A stretch of 64,000 nucleotides of DNA from Emiliania huxleyi CCMP1516 (Eukaryota), in NCBI RefSeq assembly GCF_000372725.1, contig NW_005201493.1, positions 218,475 to 282,474 on the forward strand. The letters are read 5' to 3'. Shown here piece by piece: positions 24,690 through 36,961 of the stretch; within the stretch, counting starts at the first letter, position 1; each line of letters starts with the position of its first letter. The notes beneath the pieces are model-generated. The model had not been told where the DNA came from. It searched no databases and saw only the letters and a program-made list of their open reading frames with translations. The position numbers and the translations under genes are program-made.

Positions 24690-25305
24690 CTTGAGCACCT
24701 CGACCTCATCGATCGCCGCGGCGTAGACGTCGTCGCAGACGATGGCGATGCCGACGAAGAAGTAGAACCTGCGCGGGGGACGGGACGGGGAGAAGTGAAG
24801 GGGGGCGGGTCGGCGGCGAGGGCGAGGGCGGAGGGGCGGAGGCGGCGTGGGCGGCGGAGGGGCGGGTGGCGCTGGCGGCGGGGAGGACGGGGGTGGGTGG
24901 GGCGGAGGCGGCGTGGGCGGCGGAGGGGCGGGTGGCGGCGGGGAGGACGGGGGTGGGTGGGAGGAGCAGGAGGACAATGCCCCACTCCGCTTGCCCCCTC
25001 GTCCAGCAAAGGTGGGCTCTGCGCCGCGTCATTGAACGAGTGTGCGCCGCCGCGCGGAGGGAGGCGCGCTCGCCTTGTTGCCGAGCTGGCGTAGTGGGGG
25101 CGTCGGCGACCGGGTCGGCGACGTTCTGAGCGTCAAGGCGACGATGTCGGGGCAGGAAGGACGGCAAAGCGGTGACGGAGTCGGCGGTGGAGAAGTCGGA
25201 GGTGAGCGCGGAGAGACCCGAGGCGCGACCGCCACACGCAGCGAACAAAGAGCGCTGGTCCGCGATGTAGCAGATGTTGCCCGGCACGGAGAGCGTCAAG
25301 GGCAC
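24690..25305 (-). CDS. K+-dependent Na+/Ca2+ exchanger (NCKX/SLC24)-like N-terminal fragment, cut by a gap
   Basis: FYFFVGIAIVCDDVY matches the SLC24 TM1 motif Y.F..LAIVCD. Confidence 0.55.
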
Positions 25306-26254
25306 GCGCGCGCCAGCCGCCGCCGTTGAGATTCAGTCGCCCGTGGGCTGGGGTCGAGGGTCTTGGGAGCAGCTGTGTGCCGCAGTGTGCCGCGGGCGCT
25401 GTGGGCTGCGGGTCTGTCCTTCGGTGCGTTTCGGATCTAAGATGGGGGTGCATGCGCCGGCAAACCTGGGTTGTCGCCTACACAAGCAGGGAAGGGCGTC
25501 AGAGCCGGCCGGGCGGAGCGGCGGAGCGTGAGCACGCCTCGATGATCTCGATGATGAAGAGTTTGGTGTGAACGGCGGCGAATTCTTTTCTTTGTCAGTG
25601 TGTGTGGCAGCCCGCTGGCTGTGTGTCTTGTGAGCCTGTTTGTGTCTGTGTGTCGCTCGTGCGTGTCGTCATCATCTGTCTAGCGTCCACCCATACCGCG
25701 TTGGTGTCCAGTCCGAGCCTGGCTGTTCTTCACCTTCCTAACTTGAGCACTTGAGCACTGGATAGTTAGGGTCGATTCCGCATGGTACGGGACCCCTCGA
25801 TCGTCTCAGTGTCAGTGTCATGTGAAAGAAGTTGGCCTGCTGGGCGGCGTTCAGGTGCGACGCGCTGACCAGCGAGTCGACCGGCTGTTGGCTCGTGAAG
25901 GCCTTGTGGAACAACAATTACGATCAGCGCGGGGGTGCCGCCCGCTCAGATGGCACCGAGTAACGTCTAATCGAGTGCCTCGAGCAGTGTACGCCCCGCC
26001 GCGCCGCGCGCGCCGCAGCAGATACTAAACATGTGAAAAGTACGTGGTCAACGTCGTGCGAGGTTTCCCAGACCGCACTTGTGCACTAGCTGGGCACATG
26101 CCGCATGCAACATACGTATCATGACTCGAAGTCATGACTACTCGAGCGGCTACGCTCCCGGACGCGTCCGTCATCAAAGCTCTTGGACACGTGGTTGCTC
26201 GTAGATGGACAGCCAAGAGTCAGATCAGAAGTGCAGTGAGAAGCTTTCAACTGC

Positions 26255-27100
26255 TTAGTGGCAGGGGTTCCAGGATTTCTCGAACGACGGCCACGACCAC
26301 CCACCGGTCTCCTGAGCGTCTTTGCCCATGTCCTTCATCTTGTCACCCAAGGCCTTCCAGTCGGTATCGCCCATCTGCTTGCCCTTTGACTTCCAGTCAT
26401 CGCCGATTGCCTGTCCCTTTGACTTCCAGTCATCGCCGATTGCCTGTCCCATCCGCTTCCACTCCTTCTGCTCGTCGCTCTTCTTCTCCTCCTCGCTCTC
26501 GTCTTTGTCGGTCTCGTCTTCGTCTGCCTCGTCCTTGTCATCGCCCGGCTTGCCTCCCTGAACCGTCAACAACGACATTTCCTTGGCCGACGCCCAGCCG
26601 ACCATCTCTTGCGCCTCCTTGGCCGCCTTCTCGGCAGCATGCATCGCCTCTTTAGGGCTCTTCCCCTCTTGCATGGCCTTGATCGCCGATGCGGCCGCGG
26701 CCTTGGCCGCCTCGGGCGAGCGCGACGCCGCGTGAGCGGCGTCGACAAACGGCTTGGTGTCCGGCATCTTGGATGGATCGGCCGCGAGCAGCACGCTCTT
26801 TGCGCCCGCGTCCTCTTGTGCCTTCTCGGCCGCCTTCTCCGCCGCTCGCATGGCCTCCGCAGGACTCTTTCCCTCCGGCATCGCCTTTACCGCCGAGGCA
26901 AAGCCAGCCTTGGCAGCCTCGGGCGAGACGGACGCGGCATGGGCAGCGTCGACGAAGGGTTTCGGCGGTTCAGCCACTGCGAGAGTTGGGGAGGCGAGAG
27001 TTGGGGAGGCGCCGATCAGCGCAAGCGCGCAGGTGGCTGCCAGCAGCGCGGCGCCCGCGACGAGCAGCCTGTGGAAGTAGCCGGGCGGCTCGGTGCGCAC
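26255..27100 (-). CDS. Small N-anchored or secreted protein with internal duplications
   Basis: N-terminal hydrophobic segment; two KPFVDAAHAAS..PEAAKA units; GQAIGDDWKSK repeats. Confidence 0.65.
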   Translation of the reverse strand: MRTEPPGYFHRLLVAGAALLAATCALALIGASPTLASPTLAVAEPPKPFVDAAHAASVSPEAAKAGFASAVKAMPEGKSPAEAMRAAEKAAEKAQEDAGAKSVLLAADPSKMPDTKPFVDAAHAASRSPEAAKAAAASAIKAMQEGKSPKEAMHAAEKAAKEAQEMVGWASAKEMSLLTVQGGKPGDDKDEADEDETDKDESEEEKKSDEQKEWKRMGQAIGDDWKSKGQAIGDDWKSKGKQMGDTDWKALGDKMKDMGKDAQETGGWSWPSFEKSWNPCH

Positions 27101-27466
27101 ATGACATTGGGGTGGACTGAAGCTGTGCAGGATCTATGTTCTATGGTGCAGGAGCGCAGGGCCCCTGCACGGCGGGCAGTCGCGCAGCGTTCGCTGGAGG
27201 GGTCAGGCACGCCTTTTTGTGTTTGGTCGCTTGAACCACGGCTCCTCTGGTTCACTCTCCCCGAGGAGCGGCGTGGCCTTGCCCGACGACAAAGCGACGA
27301 ACGGCGTGGACTTCGTTGGCAGCATGCGCGCAAATGAGGTTTCTTCGCGTCTCGTCAGGGCGGAAAGGGCGTTGGAGTTGGCCGAGGGCGTGTCACGCTC
27401 GCGGAATTTCTTTTTTTCTTACTTAATGCTTTTTCTTCCTACCTAAGTTCAGGGCCACAACATCAA

Positions 27467-27699
27467 ACACAAGTGTACACGCTTCGACGCCTCATCCGCG
27501 CCCTACGCGCCGCGCGTGGGGCACCGCTGTGCGAATGGAGCCGACAAACCACCTCGGTCAGAGTTACAACAAACAACCCGACGTGAATGCGGACAACATT
27601 GGCAGGGGCGGCAGGCACTTTTGCGGAGATGTGAAGATGGTGTGCCCCCTCAGCAGCAACAGGGTTGAGGGGCATGGGCCCTACTGCGAGGAGGGAGAA
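27467..27699 (+). mobile_element. Degenerate internal fragment of the CRE-like retrotransposon
   Basis: Matches 45325-45617 (RMEP..HLGQSYNKQPDV.ADNIG...CGDVK.VCPLSS). Confidence 0.85.
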
Positions 27700-28075
27700 T
27701 GCAGAATGCAGAATCGGGCCCAAAGCCAGATGCCTTGCACCCGATGCAGGATGCAGGATGCGGATGCAGGATGCAAAATCAGGCTCAAAGCTGTGAGCTG
27801 CACCCAACGGACAATTTCTTTTGGGTCTGATTTTGCATCCTGCATTCTGCATCCTGCCATCACTGCACCATGCAGAAGAATCCATTTTGGGACCGATTCT
27901 GCATCCTGCATCCTGCATCCTGCATCCTGCACATACAGAGTAAACAGTAATCATTTTGGGCTGGGTTCTACACATTCTGCATTCTGCATCTGCATTGTGC
28001 ATTTTCAGAGAAATACGGAATGTAGAATCAGCCGTCTATGCAGAGGCAAATCCATGCAGTCTGCATGCTGCATGC
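27700..28075. repeat. Foldback-like repeat of TGCAG(A/G)A heptamers in opposite orientations
   Basis: ATGCAGAAT/ATGCAGG units on the left and CTGCATC/CTGCATT units on the right. Confidence 0.7.
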
Positions 28076-28232
28076 TACAAGAGTGAGTTAGGCGCTCCGA
28101 GACGATCGAAGTGGTAAAAGTCGCACTCTCCCCTGACCCGATCAAAAGTCTAAAAGCACCCGAGGCTCCAGAAACCTAACCCTCAGACTATGGCGCTCCT
28201 CTCCAATCACAATGCGCTACACGCTTCTCGCC

Positions 28233-28466
28233 TCACCCCACTCGCCGCATGTCGAGGCACGCGAGCAAGGCCAAAACGAGCCCCACCCCGGCTGATGGCA
28301 CACCCAGCAGCGCCTCGAGGCTTGTGAGCCACACGGGCTCACTCACACCCAGCAGGGCCTGTGTGCCGCCCACTGCGGCGCCCACCGCCACCACCGCAGC
28401 GGCTGCGGCGCCGCCGTAGGCCAGTGATGCCGCGACCTGAGGTGAGGTGAGGTAAGGTGAACTTCT

Positions 28467-28518
<52 letters not shown>

Positions 28519-30357
28519 GCGCGCGCGCACAAGGTGTTGGGGTGAGGGCGAGGCGACCCTCGCGACTCCACGTCCAAAGAAAGGTACAAGGCACAAGTGC
28601 CCCGTGCGCGTGCGTGCGCGTGCGTGCGCGCGCGCGTGTGTGCGTGTGCGTGTGCGTGTGCGTGTGTGTTGCGTGTGTGTTTGTGTATGTTTGTGTGTGC
28701 GGCGACCTGGCCGTGCCTCTCCATCTCGTTGCCGGCGATGGCGCGCTCGGGCCGCCACGGCGAGGCGTTGCCGAACGGGGCGCCATGCGCGCAGCCGAAG
28801 GGCGTGCACCGGACGCCTGGCAGCGAGGTGGCCCCAGATTACCCGAGGTTGCTCGAGATTAGGCGTGAGGTGGCCCCAGATTACCCGAGGTTGCTCGAGA
28901 TTAGGCGCGAGGTGGCCCCAGATTACCCGAGGTTGCTCGAGATTAGGCGCGAGGTGGCGTGCGCCTGGCCGCATGCACGCCCAGCAGAAGCGCGTCCTGC
29001 ACGCCCCGCACGTGATGTGGTTGCACCCCCCCGCCTTGAGAACAACAATAGTCGAGTGAGAATAATAGATCTCCCATCGTAGGTGGTTTGCGCCCTCCCG
29101 CCTTGAGGATGGGCGCCGCGCAGCGAGGGCACGGACGCGTATTCTCGCGCACCCACGCCGCGTCGCCCCCTCCTACTCGCGGACCAGCCTCGAGGTCCTC
29201 CCGGGCCCTCTCGGCCTCGTCCTCTCGCCGCCGCGTCTCGTGTGCCGGCCGCCGCGTCCGCCACCGCGTCGGTGGTGGGGAGCTGGAAGCCGCCTAGAAG
29301 GGTCGTAGAAGGGTCGTAGAAGGGTCGTAGAAGGGTCCTAGAAGGGTGAGAAGGGTCCTAGAAGGGTCCTAGAAGGGTCGTAGAAGGGTCCTAGAAGGGT
29401 CCTAGAAGGGTGAGAAGGGTCCTAGAAGGGTCCTAGAAGGGTCCTAGAAGGGTCCGAGAATCCTAGAGCTGGAAGCGCACCGCCGCACTCGGGGCACTCG
29501 ACAGACAGCGGGACAAGAGACCGCGCCGCGTTGCCGCACCGCACCGCCGCCAAGGCGAGCAGCGCGCTTGCTGGCGCGACGGCGCACAAGAGCGCGAGAG
29601 CCCGAGCCGCCGCCAGGTCGGTGAGCGCCGCGCACCTACAGGACCGCAGCAACGCGTGTACGAGTGACGCGAGTAGGTGTGTGTATGGAGGAGGTTCCGG
29701 TGTCTCTTCAGCAGAGAGTGCGGCACACCTCCCGACCGTCACACCGGCCGCAAGCAGCAGCAGTCCGACGGCGCTCGCGCGCGAGCGGCGCGCGAGCGTG
29801 ACGGAGGAGACGCAGCGCCAGTCGACGAACCCGCCGCCGCTGCACCCAGCGCGCGGGCACGGGCGGTAGTCGGGCGCACCGCGCAGCGCCGCGTCGCGAA
29901 GAAGCTTGTCGAAGGCCTGGAGCAGCGAGGCATCGCGCGCGAGGACGTCTACCGCATCGGCGGGGCGCAGCGGCGCAGTGCACACGGGGCACGTCAGGGC
30001 CACGAGCCTCTCGATGAAGGACGTCGACCGCGACACCGCCGGCACCGCCGCGCCCTGCCGATCGCTCAGCGCTGTCTGCGCCCACCGACGCATGCACGTC
30101 CCGCAGGCGGCGCAGCCGCACCACAGAAGGTGCCAGTCATCGTCGCCATCCTCTCGCTCGTCGTAGCAGATGGGGCAGCAGCGGTGTCCTAAACGCTGGC
30201 GTCCCAAACGCCGAAGCGCGAGCCCGAGGCCAGCGGTGACATCTCCCACGGCGAACGAGTCTCCGCCGGTGCTCCTCCCAGCCCACGCCTTCCAGGTGCG
30301 TGACCCGGCGAGGGAGCCGAGCTGGCGCGCGCTGGGCGCTAGGCGGCCGTCCGACAT
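28233..30357 (-). CDS. RBR (RING1-IBR-RING2) E3 ubiquitin ligase with transmembrane segments
   Basis: CPIC...CGC..CGTC...CPVC; PCPR.GC...CPEC; TRPCPRC.APILK.GGCNHITC..C...FCW.C; hydrophobic C-terminus. Confidence 0.85.
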
Positions 30358-31729
30358 GGTCGCGTCCGTTTTTTGGCGGGGGGCGGGGCAGGGTACCCTC
30401 AGCTCTCGAGGTTCTCGAGGTGGATATCCTTTGGCCGCGTTGGGTAGCGAGGATTGGTGTAACCCGAGCCACGCAGGCGTGTTTTCTGGCGGCCGACCGT
30501 CAGTGCACGGAGTTGCCCCTTCTCCGACTGCCCCGGCTAGTTCCCGAGGTCGTCGGGAGTGACCCCTGCGTCCCCCGAGACCTAGCGCGGGTGGGTTGGA
30601 GGGGGCTCGCTGCAGGGAAGGGCGGTGTAAGTAGCCGATCCGTGTATCGCGCGCCTTGCGGGGGGGGCGCGGAAAGAGGAACCTCTTAGCGCCATCGCCA
30701 TGGAGCTGCAAGCAACGATCCCCGTAATCCGCCCCACTCCTCCCCATCGGGCCGCATAAGCGGCCGCGCCTCGCAGATTCGTTTCTCGCGCCTGGGCGCC
30801 GTGGGGTTTAGGCGCGCGGGGCATCCCCCGGGTCGCTCGACCAGCGATCCGAAGAGTGGCCGCTATGCGAAGGAAAGAGCGGGGCCCTCGACGCCTCAGT
30901 CCGGCCCTCCGAGGGGGGAAGGGGATTGCGGGGTCCCCACGGGCGCCTATCTTCGGCGATGCGAGTAATGGGAAAAGAAATCGCGCTGCGCAAACTCCAC
31001 ACGACAGAAAAGGAATCGACGCGATGTGCAAAGCATACAAGAAGGGGAGAAGGAAGAGGAGAGACGCCGGTGATGACGAAGCAGAAACTAGCGCAGACGA
31101 GAGCAGGGCAGAGCCGGGGACTGGGGAGCCGGAGCAGACGGCATCGGCCGCCGAGGGAACGTTGGGAAGAGGCACGAGGAGGGCGGCGACCTCGACCGAC
31201 TATGGAGGACCCGTCGCCAGACGACGCAGGGCAGAAGACGGTGAGGCGGAGCAGACGCGCAGGGCGAGACGAGGGAGGGAGCAGCGAGGACTTTGCGGAG
31301 ATCAGCAGGAGCATGTACGAAGAGATTAGGAGCAGCAGGGACCCGAGGGACCATGTGGAAGACGGCGCTAGTGCGCTAGTCCCCCATCGGGAGGTAAGGT
31401 AAGGTAAGGTAAGTAAGGTGTAAACTTCTCCACACACACGATCGGGAGGACGACCCCGGCTAGTCGCCGACTGGTTATTTCCACTTCAGTGTGTAGCAAA
31501 AAGAATTCCCGAACCACGCGCCCACTGGCAAAAAGGAATCTATCGAAAAACCGTTCCCTCAGCCACCTTCCCAAAAAGGAAAAAGAAACGCGAGCGTGAC
31601 TTCATTGGGCGCGGCGGTCCTTCGCCTTGACGTGCTGTTCACCAGGACGGCCTTCACTGTCGCAGAACAAGGCAGCTGCTGCGCACGACGCCCGCGAACA
31701 CGTCGCACACCCGGTGGACAAACACATAC

Positions 31730-34027
31730 ATGCATCCGACCCTCGCCCCATTCCTGCTCTCGCTCTTCGGCGGCGCGACCGCCCACTCCTGGGTCACCCT
31801 CGTCGGCACAGACGGTCGCTCTCGCGGTGGCATTACGCACAGGGAGGGCGAGCTCTTCCTCCAGCGTTACGTCTGCCCGCTCGCCACGCTCGAGCAGTGC
31901 CAGGCTGCAATCGACCCCAAGCACGGCATCACCCTTTCGGACGACGCCATGCGCCCTTGCCGCCAGGACAGGGTATCAGACCCGATGGCTAGAGTTGCGC
32001 CTGGTGAGCCCTTCTCTGTCGCGTGGATGGGTAACGGGCACGCTGGAAACGGGCAGTCGGACGGAACATGCGTCCGCATCCGCCTGGCTCCCTTCAAGCA
32101 GTCGCCCGAATGGGTCGATTTCGATCAGATCGGGGCCGACTGCCTCGCCTATTGGAAGTACGGTGCGGAGGGCCGAATCACCACCTCGGCAGAGATCACC
32201 CTCCCTGATGGCACGCCCGAAGGATCCTACACGCTGCACTGGCTGTGGAACTTTACCGACTTCTGGTACGCCTCCTGCGCCGACGTTGAGGTGGGGCCGG
32301 TGAGTAGCGACGGCTTCGATGGCAGCTCACCGTCGCCCTCCCTCCCCCCCTCCACCGGTGACGGCCCGGACGTGCAAAAGTATCTGCAAAGCGGATGCGC
32401 GGCGCTGGCCGACACCTTCTGCCAGAGCTACATCGGCACGGGCTCGTACTGCAAGAGCTACAAGACGGACGAGTGCGGGCGGTCCGTGTGCCTGGGAGGC
32501 GCCTTCCTCCTACCCTGCGGCACGAGCAGCCCGCTGCCGTCGCCATCGCCGACACCGCTGCCGTTGCCATCCCCGCCAAGTGGCACCCTGCCGCTGCCTC
32601 CACCGCCAGCCGCCTCGCCCTCGCCAGAGGCCCCTCCCTCCACGAGCGAACCGCCGCAGCTCACCCCTGAGAGCCTCTATCTGCGCCGCGGCTGCGCCGG
32701 CACCGACGTTTGCGCCGCCCGAGGAAGCCACTGCAAGGACTGGCAGCGGGACGAGTGCGGCCGCGCCGTCTGCCACGGAGACACGCACTCCCTCCTCGTT
32801 GCCTGCTCCGAGCTCAGCAGCGGCTCGCCACCACCACAACCCACACCGCCTCTCTCCGGCGGCCCGCCTGCTCCATCGCCCACTCCTCCGCCTCCCGTCG
32901 CGAGTGGCTACCATGCACTCTTCGCGTACATCGAGGATCCGATCAACACGCAAGTATTCGGAGCCAACTACGACGCCGACGCGGTCCGATCGCTGGCCTA
33001 CTTTGTGGTTGGCATGACGCCCAACTCCTACGCTGCTGCCAACCGTACCCTCGCTATGCTTCTCTCCCTGCAGAGCTCGGGGTGGAGCGGCAAGGTGCTG
33101 CTGCAGCCTGACCTGACCACCAACGCCGTGTGCGACGTGGGAGGCGCCGGCTGCGGCGGCGACATTGTCTGCGCCGTCTCGACCTGCTTCGAGACCCTGC
33201 GGCGCGTCCTGGGCGAGACGTTTGCGGCGAGCGTCGACGGTGTGCTCCTCGAGAATGAGAACGCGGCCTCGCCCGCGCTCAAGGCGTGCTCGACGGGGGA
33301 GGCGCCCGCTCGCGCGGCCTGCCTCAACGCGTTCCGCTCCCATTCGGGCGCGAGCGACTGGGAGGTGTGGTCGATCCCCGACTTCACCGCGTACGGCTCC
33401 GCCGGCTACGCCGCGGTGCCTCGCTTCGCCCAGTTCTACAATATGTACTCGAGGGGAGACGGCGGGTCCTATCCCTGTGTCAAGTGCGGGCCCTCCCCCG
33501 ACTGCCAGCTCGACTTTGAGGCGTGGCGCGCGCAGCCGGCGTGTGAGGACTCTGGGCTCCTACCACAGTTTGGAGGAGCGGTCTGCTTTCAAGACACCGC
33601 TCGGAGCGTGGGCTGTGCGCACGCGTGCGGCCGGGACGTGCCATGCCTCACCCAGGCTGACGCGGCAACCTCGACTGCGTTTGGTGGAGGCATCTACGAC
33701 CCGGCGCTGAACATCTCTCCGGCGGCCATCGGAGAGTACCTCGGAGGCATATACACGAGCGGCGGAGTGCACCGGCGTCCAGCCGGCGGTGCTATCGCGG
33801 TCGCCACGCTCCCCTTCACCACGGCGTCGCAGCCGAGCCTCGTCGCCAAGATTCGCAACGCGGCCGACCTCGAGGAGCTCGCCGCAGGCATGCTCAGCGC
33901 GTTTGCTGCAGCGGCCGACGACGGCGCCGGCGCGAGCCAGCCTCTACGCATCGCCGCGTGGGGCGCGCCGTGCTGGCTCGTCAACTCCACCGCCCGCGCG
34001 CGGGTCGCGCCGTGTTCAGGCATCTGA
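31730..34027 (+). CDS. Secreted LPMO-like (His-brace) multidomain protein
   Basis: Signal peptide followed by HSW; W.GNGH; G.YTL.W.W...Y.SCAD; two Cys-rich repeats; Pro-rich linkers; intronless 765 aa. Confidence 0.75.
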   Translation: MHPTLAPFLLSLFGGATAHSWVTLVGTDGRSRGGITHREGELFLQRYVCPLATLEQCQAAIDPKHGITLSDDAMRPCRQDRVSDPMARVAPGEPFSVAWMGNGHAGNGQSDGTCVRIRLAPFKQSPEWVDFDQIGADCLAYWKYGAEGRITTSAEITLPDGTPEGSYTLHWLWNFTDFWYASCADVEVGPVSSDGFDGSSPSPSLPPSTGDGPDVQKYLQSGCAALADTFCQSYIGTGSYCKSYKTDECGRSVCLGGAFLLPCGTSSPLPSPSPTPLPLPSPPSGTLPLPPPPAASPSPEAPPSTSEPPQLTPESLYLRRGCAGTDVCAARGSHCKDWQRDECGRAVCHGDTHSLLVACSELSSGSPPPQPTPPLSGGPPAPSPTPPPPVASGYHALFAYIEDPINTQVFGANYDADAVRSLAYFVVGMTPNSYAAANRTLAMLLSLQSSGWSGKVLLQPDLTTNAVCDVGGAGCGGDIVCAVSTCFETLRRVLGETFAASVDGVLLENENAASPALKACSTGEAPARAACLNAFRSHSGASDWEVWSIPDFTAYGSAGYAAVPRFAQFYNMYSRGDGGSYPCVKCGPSPDCQLDFEAWRAQPACEDSGLLPQFGGAVCFQDTARSVGCAHACGRDVPCLTQADAATSTAFGGGIYDPALNISPAAIGEYLGGIYTSGGVHRRPAGGAIAVATLPFTTASQPSLVAKIRNAADLEELAAGMLSAFAAAADDGAGASQPLRIAAWGAPCWLVNSTARARVAPCSGI

Positions 34028-34510
34028 AGCTTGATGGGCGCCCAGCGGGGAGGGGGGGAGGGGAAGCGCCGCGTGGGAGGAGGTGGAGCAGCCAGCAGCG
34101 GCTGAGACCTGAGTCCTGCGAAGTGAGATCCGATGAGGTTGAGCACATGCATGTGATCTGTGGGAGCGGCGGGGCCTATAGCGCGCATGTGCATGTCGCA
34201 TGTGCAGTCGTGGCGCGCATCCCACACCTTGTGTACGCATCTTTCAAATTAAATGTTACAAGTGTCATCTCCCGGGCGAGAGGGACTGCGCACCAAACTG
34301 CACACACACAAGCGCGACTCTCTCTCGGTCGCTTCCGGACAGGAATGCGGGAAATGGCTGCCCCTCCCCCGCTAAGTATACACTGGGGGCGCAGGAAACG
34401 TACATTATCGATTGTGGGTCGTGAGCCCGTGAGGGCGCCCGAACGACCACGGATCAGAGGGACGGAGTCACGCCGAGCGCGATTGCACCGATGCTGTGCC
34501 ACCTCCAGTT

Positions 34511-36421
34511 TCACCCCATCAATGGTCCGACGTCCGAGACGCCTGCCCACGCGGCAGCCTGCTTGAAAGCGGCGTACTTGGCGCCCTTGAAAACCGTCAG
34601 GTCGATGACCGCCTCCATGCCAACTGCCGGCTTGTCGACGAGCTGCGCGACGCGGAGGTCGACCGTGACAGACGCGAGGACCATCGCCTCGCCGTACGTG
34701 TAGCCGCCGACCTCCATCAAGAAAGTGAGCGCCTGCGGAGGGTCGAGGGCAGGCCGAGATCAGCCGAGATCAGCCGAGATATGCGCAGCCGCAAGAAGGC
34801 GTGTTGCCTTGAGGAGCGCGTTGGCGCCGGCGAGCGACATGGACTCAGGGATGATCTTGGAGGTGACGAGCGTGTCGATGCGGTCCTTTGCCCACACGTA
34901 CTGCGAGGGGAGGGTGCCGCTACTCTTGAAGGGGAAGCCCATGAACGAGATGAACTCGCCCGGCGACATGCGCTTGATTGAGGTGGTGCCGTACATGGCG
35001 GGCGTCGGCGTAGCGTAGCCGGCATCGCCAGGCTTGACCAGCGTGAGCTTCATCTTGACCGAGGCCGCCATCTCGATGGCCGTGATGCTCACCTCGCCGT
35101 CTCCCTGCGCGCCGTGGACGTCGCCGGTGCCGACGCCGCAGCCCGCCACCTCGCACTCGAGGAGGAGCGTGGTCCCGACGCCCATGCGCTGCGTGTCGGT
35201 GTTCCCGAAGTACTCCCCGCCGGCGAGGGTGCGCAGGCATTCAGTTGCGTGCGTGCCATTGACGCCGCACACAGCCGCGGGGACCGCCAGCTCAGGGTTG
35301 ACCGCCCACTGCGGATTGTCTGCACAGGCAAGTGGCCGAGCTCAGGCCGACGCGAGATCTCGTCGAGGCCTGTTTGAGGTCTGGCCGAGAGGCCGAGATA
35401 CACTCAGACGCACCGTACAGCTCCACCTCGGTCGCGTGGTGCTCGAGTTTGAGCGCGACCGTCTCGGCGCTCGGGAGCACGCCGATCGAGCCGAGGAAGG
35501 GCTCGTACGGGACGACGACGTCGGGGAAGCTGGGGCTCGTCCACGACATGCTGTGTTGGGCGGCGGGACGGTGGGGGGGTGGGGGGTGCTTGGCTGTGGA
35601 GTTGCGGCGAGGGTGAGGGCAGGGTATGGGGCACGTCGTCGCGTCGTAGTCCCAGGTCACCCACGCTTTGTATTCCTCAGGGGAGTTGCCGTCCGGTTTG
35701 ACGCCCTGTCAGGGGGAGGGGATCTATGGGGCTTGGCGGTGCGGGGCGCGATGAGGATCGCGTGACCATCTCGAGGGAGGAGAGGGGAAATGAAGAGAGC
35801 AGAGGAGCGGAGAGGGGGGGGGGGGGGGCAGAGAGGAAGCGGCCTCACATTCATGAAGCCAAGGGGCGTGTGGGACATGGTGAAGCCCTGGGCGAGCGGC
35901 GTGATGTCGAGGATCTCGATCGCCAGTTTGTCGCCCGGCATGGCGCCCGCAACACCCACTGGGCCGGTGATGATGTGCACCGCGGCGAGGTCGCCGTACG
36001 CCTTGTCGAAGTTCAAGTCGGCGTCCGGGATGGGGGCGAAGGCGCCGTCTTCTCCATCCCATGGCTGGGTGAGCCCCGGGTCGGGGTGGTCCCAGAGGTC
36101 GCGCGTGCGGAAGTCGACCACGGAGCCCGACGGGACCTCCATTGCCTAGAAGGTTCAGGGCAGGATCAGGATATCAGCTCCGAGCAGAAGAAGGACCAAA
36201 GTCTCTGGTCGTGCCAGCGGGATAGCTGGGTGATAGCGGTTGTAGCAGTTTGTCTCCGTCTTGATGCAGGATTCTTCAAACGCCGAGATCGTGTAGTCGA
36301 CGGGGCCATCGTACTTGCCGGCGGGGTTCGTCTCGCACTCTGGCGCTGGCATGGACGAGAATTCGAGGCTGCGTGGGCTTGGGAGGCCGAACATCGCGAC
36401 CGACATCATGGCGGTGCACAT
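34511..36421 (-). CDS. Acetamidase/formamidase family (FmdA_AmdA), multi-exon
   Basis: NRYHP, H.ITGPV.VAGAMPGD.L.IEIL, PFLGSIGVLP, GNTD, G.GD.HGAQGDGEV..TAIE, GYT..EA.VL.S..VD. Confidence 0.92.
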
Positions 36422-36961
36422 CTGAGCGGGCACGTGAGGCGGCAAGTATTGCTGAGCGGGTCGGTGAGGTCAGAGCGATAGGCGGCGAATCCCCAGCACT
36501 GTCCCCCTCGACCAGCAGCGACGCGGTGTGCAGAGTCTCAAGCGTTCCCCTCAGCTCGCCGCTCGGTGGAGCGCCGCGGTGTGTGTCTTCCAAGGGGCGG
36601 AGCCATCGCGCACAATCGGGCGCGATGCAGTTGGTGCGTATGTGGTGGCGCAGGCTGTCAAACGCTTTGGTGGGAGCGTGAGGCGGAGAGCAGGCACGAC
36701 CTGCTTGAGCAAGCGAGGAGAGCTGGCTGAGGGGGTGTGACAGGGAGGGGGTACGCCGCAGTGTTCGCCGAAAGGTGAGATCGTTACGAGAGATGTGCAC
36801 GTTCGCGGAATGTTGGGGGTACAACTCACCAGCAAGGCCTTGAGATTCACAAACCTTGTTCTTGAAAACCTCCTAGGTCACACCTCCCCTCTCCTGTCAC
36901 GCCTGATCAATGCCCTGATCCGGCCTTTTCCAAACACTTTCTGGCGAGACGGCCATTCGCA

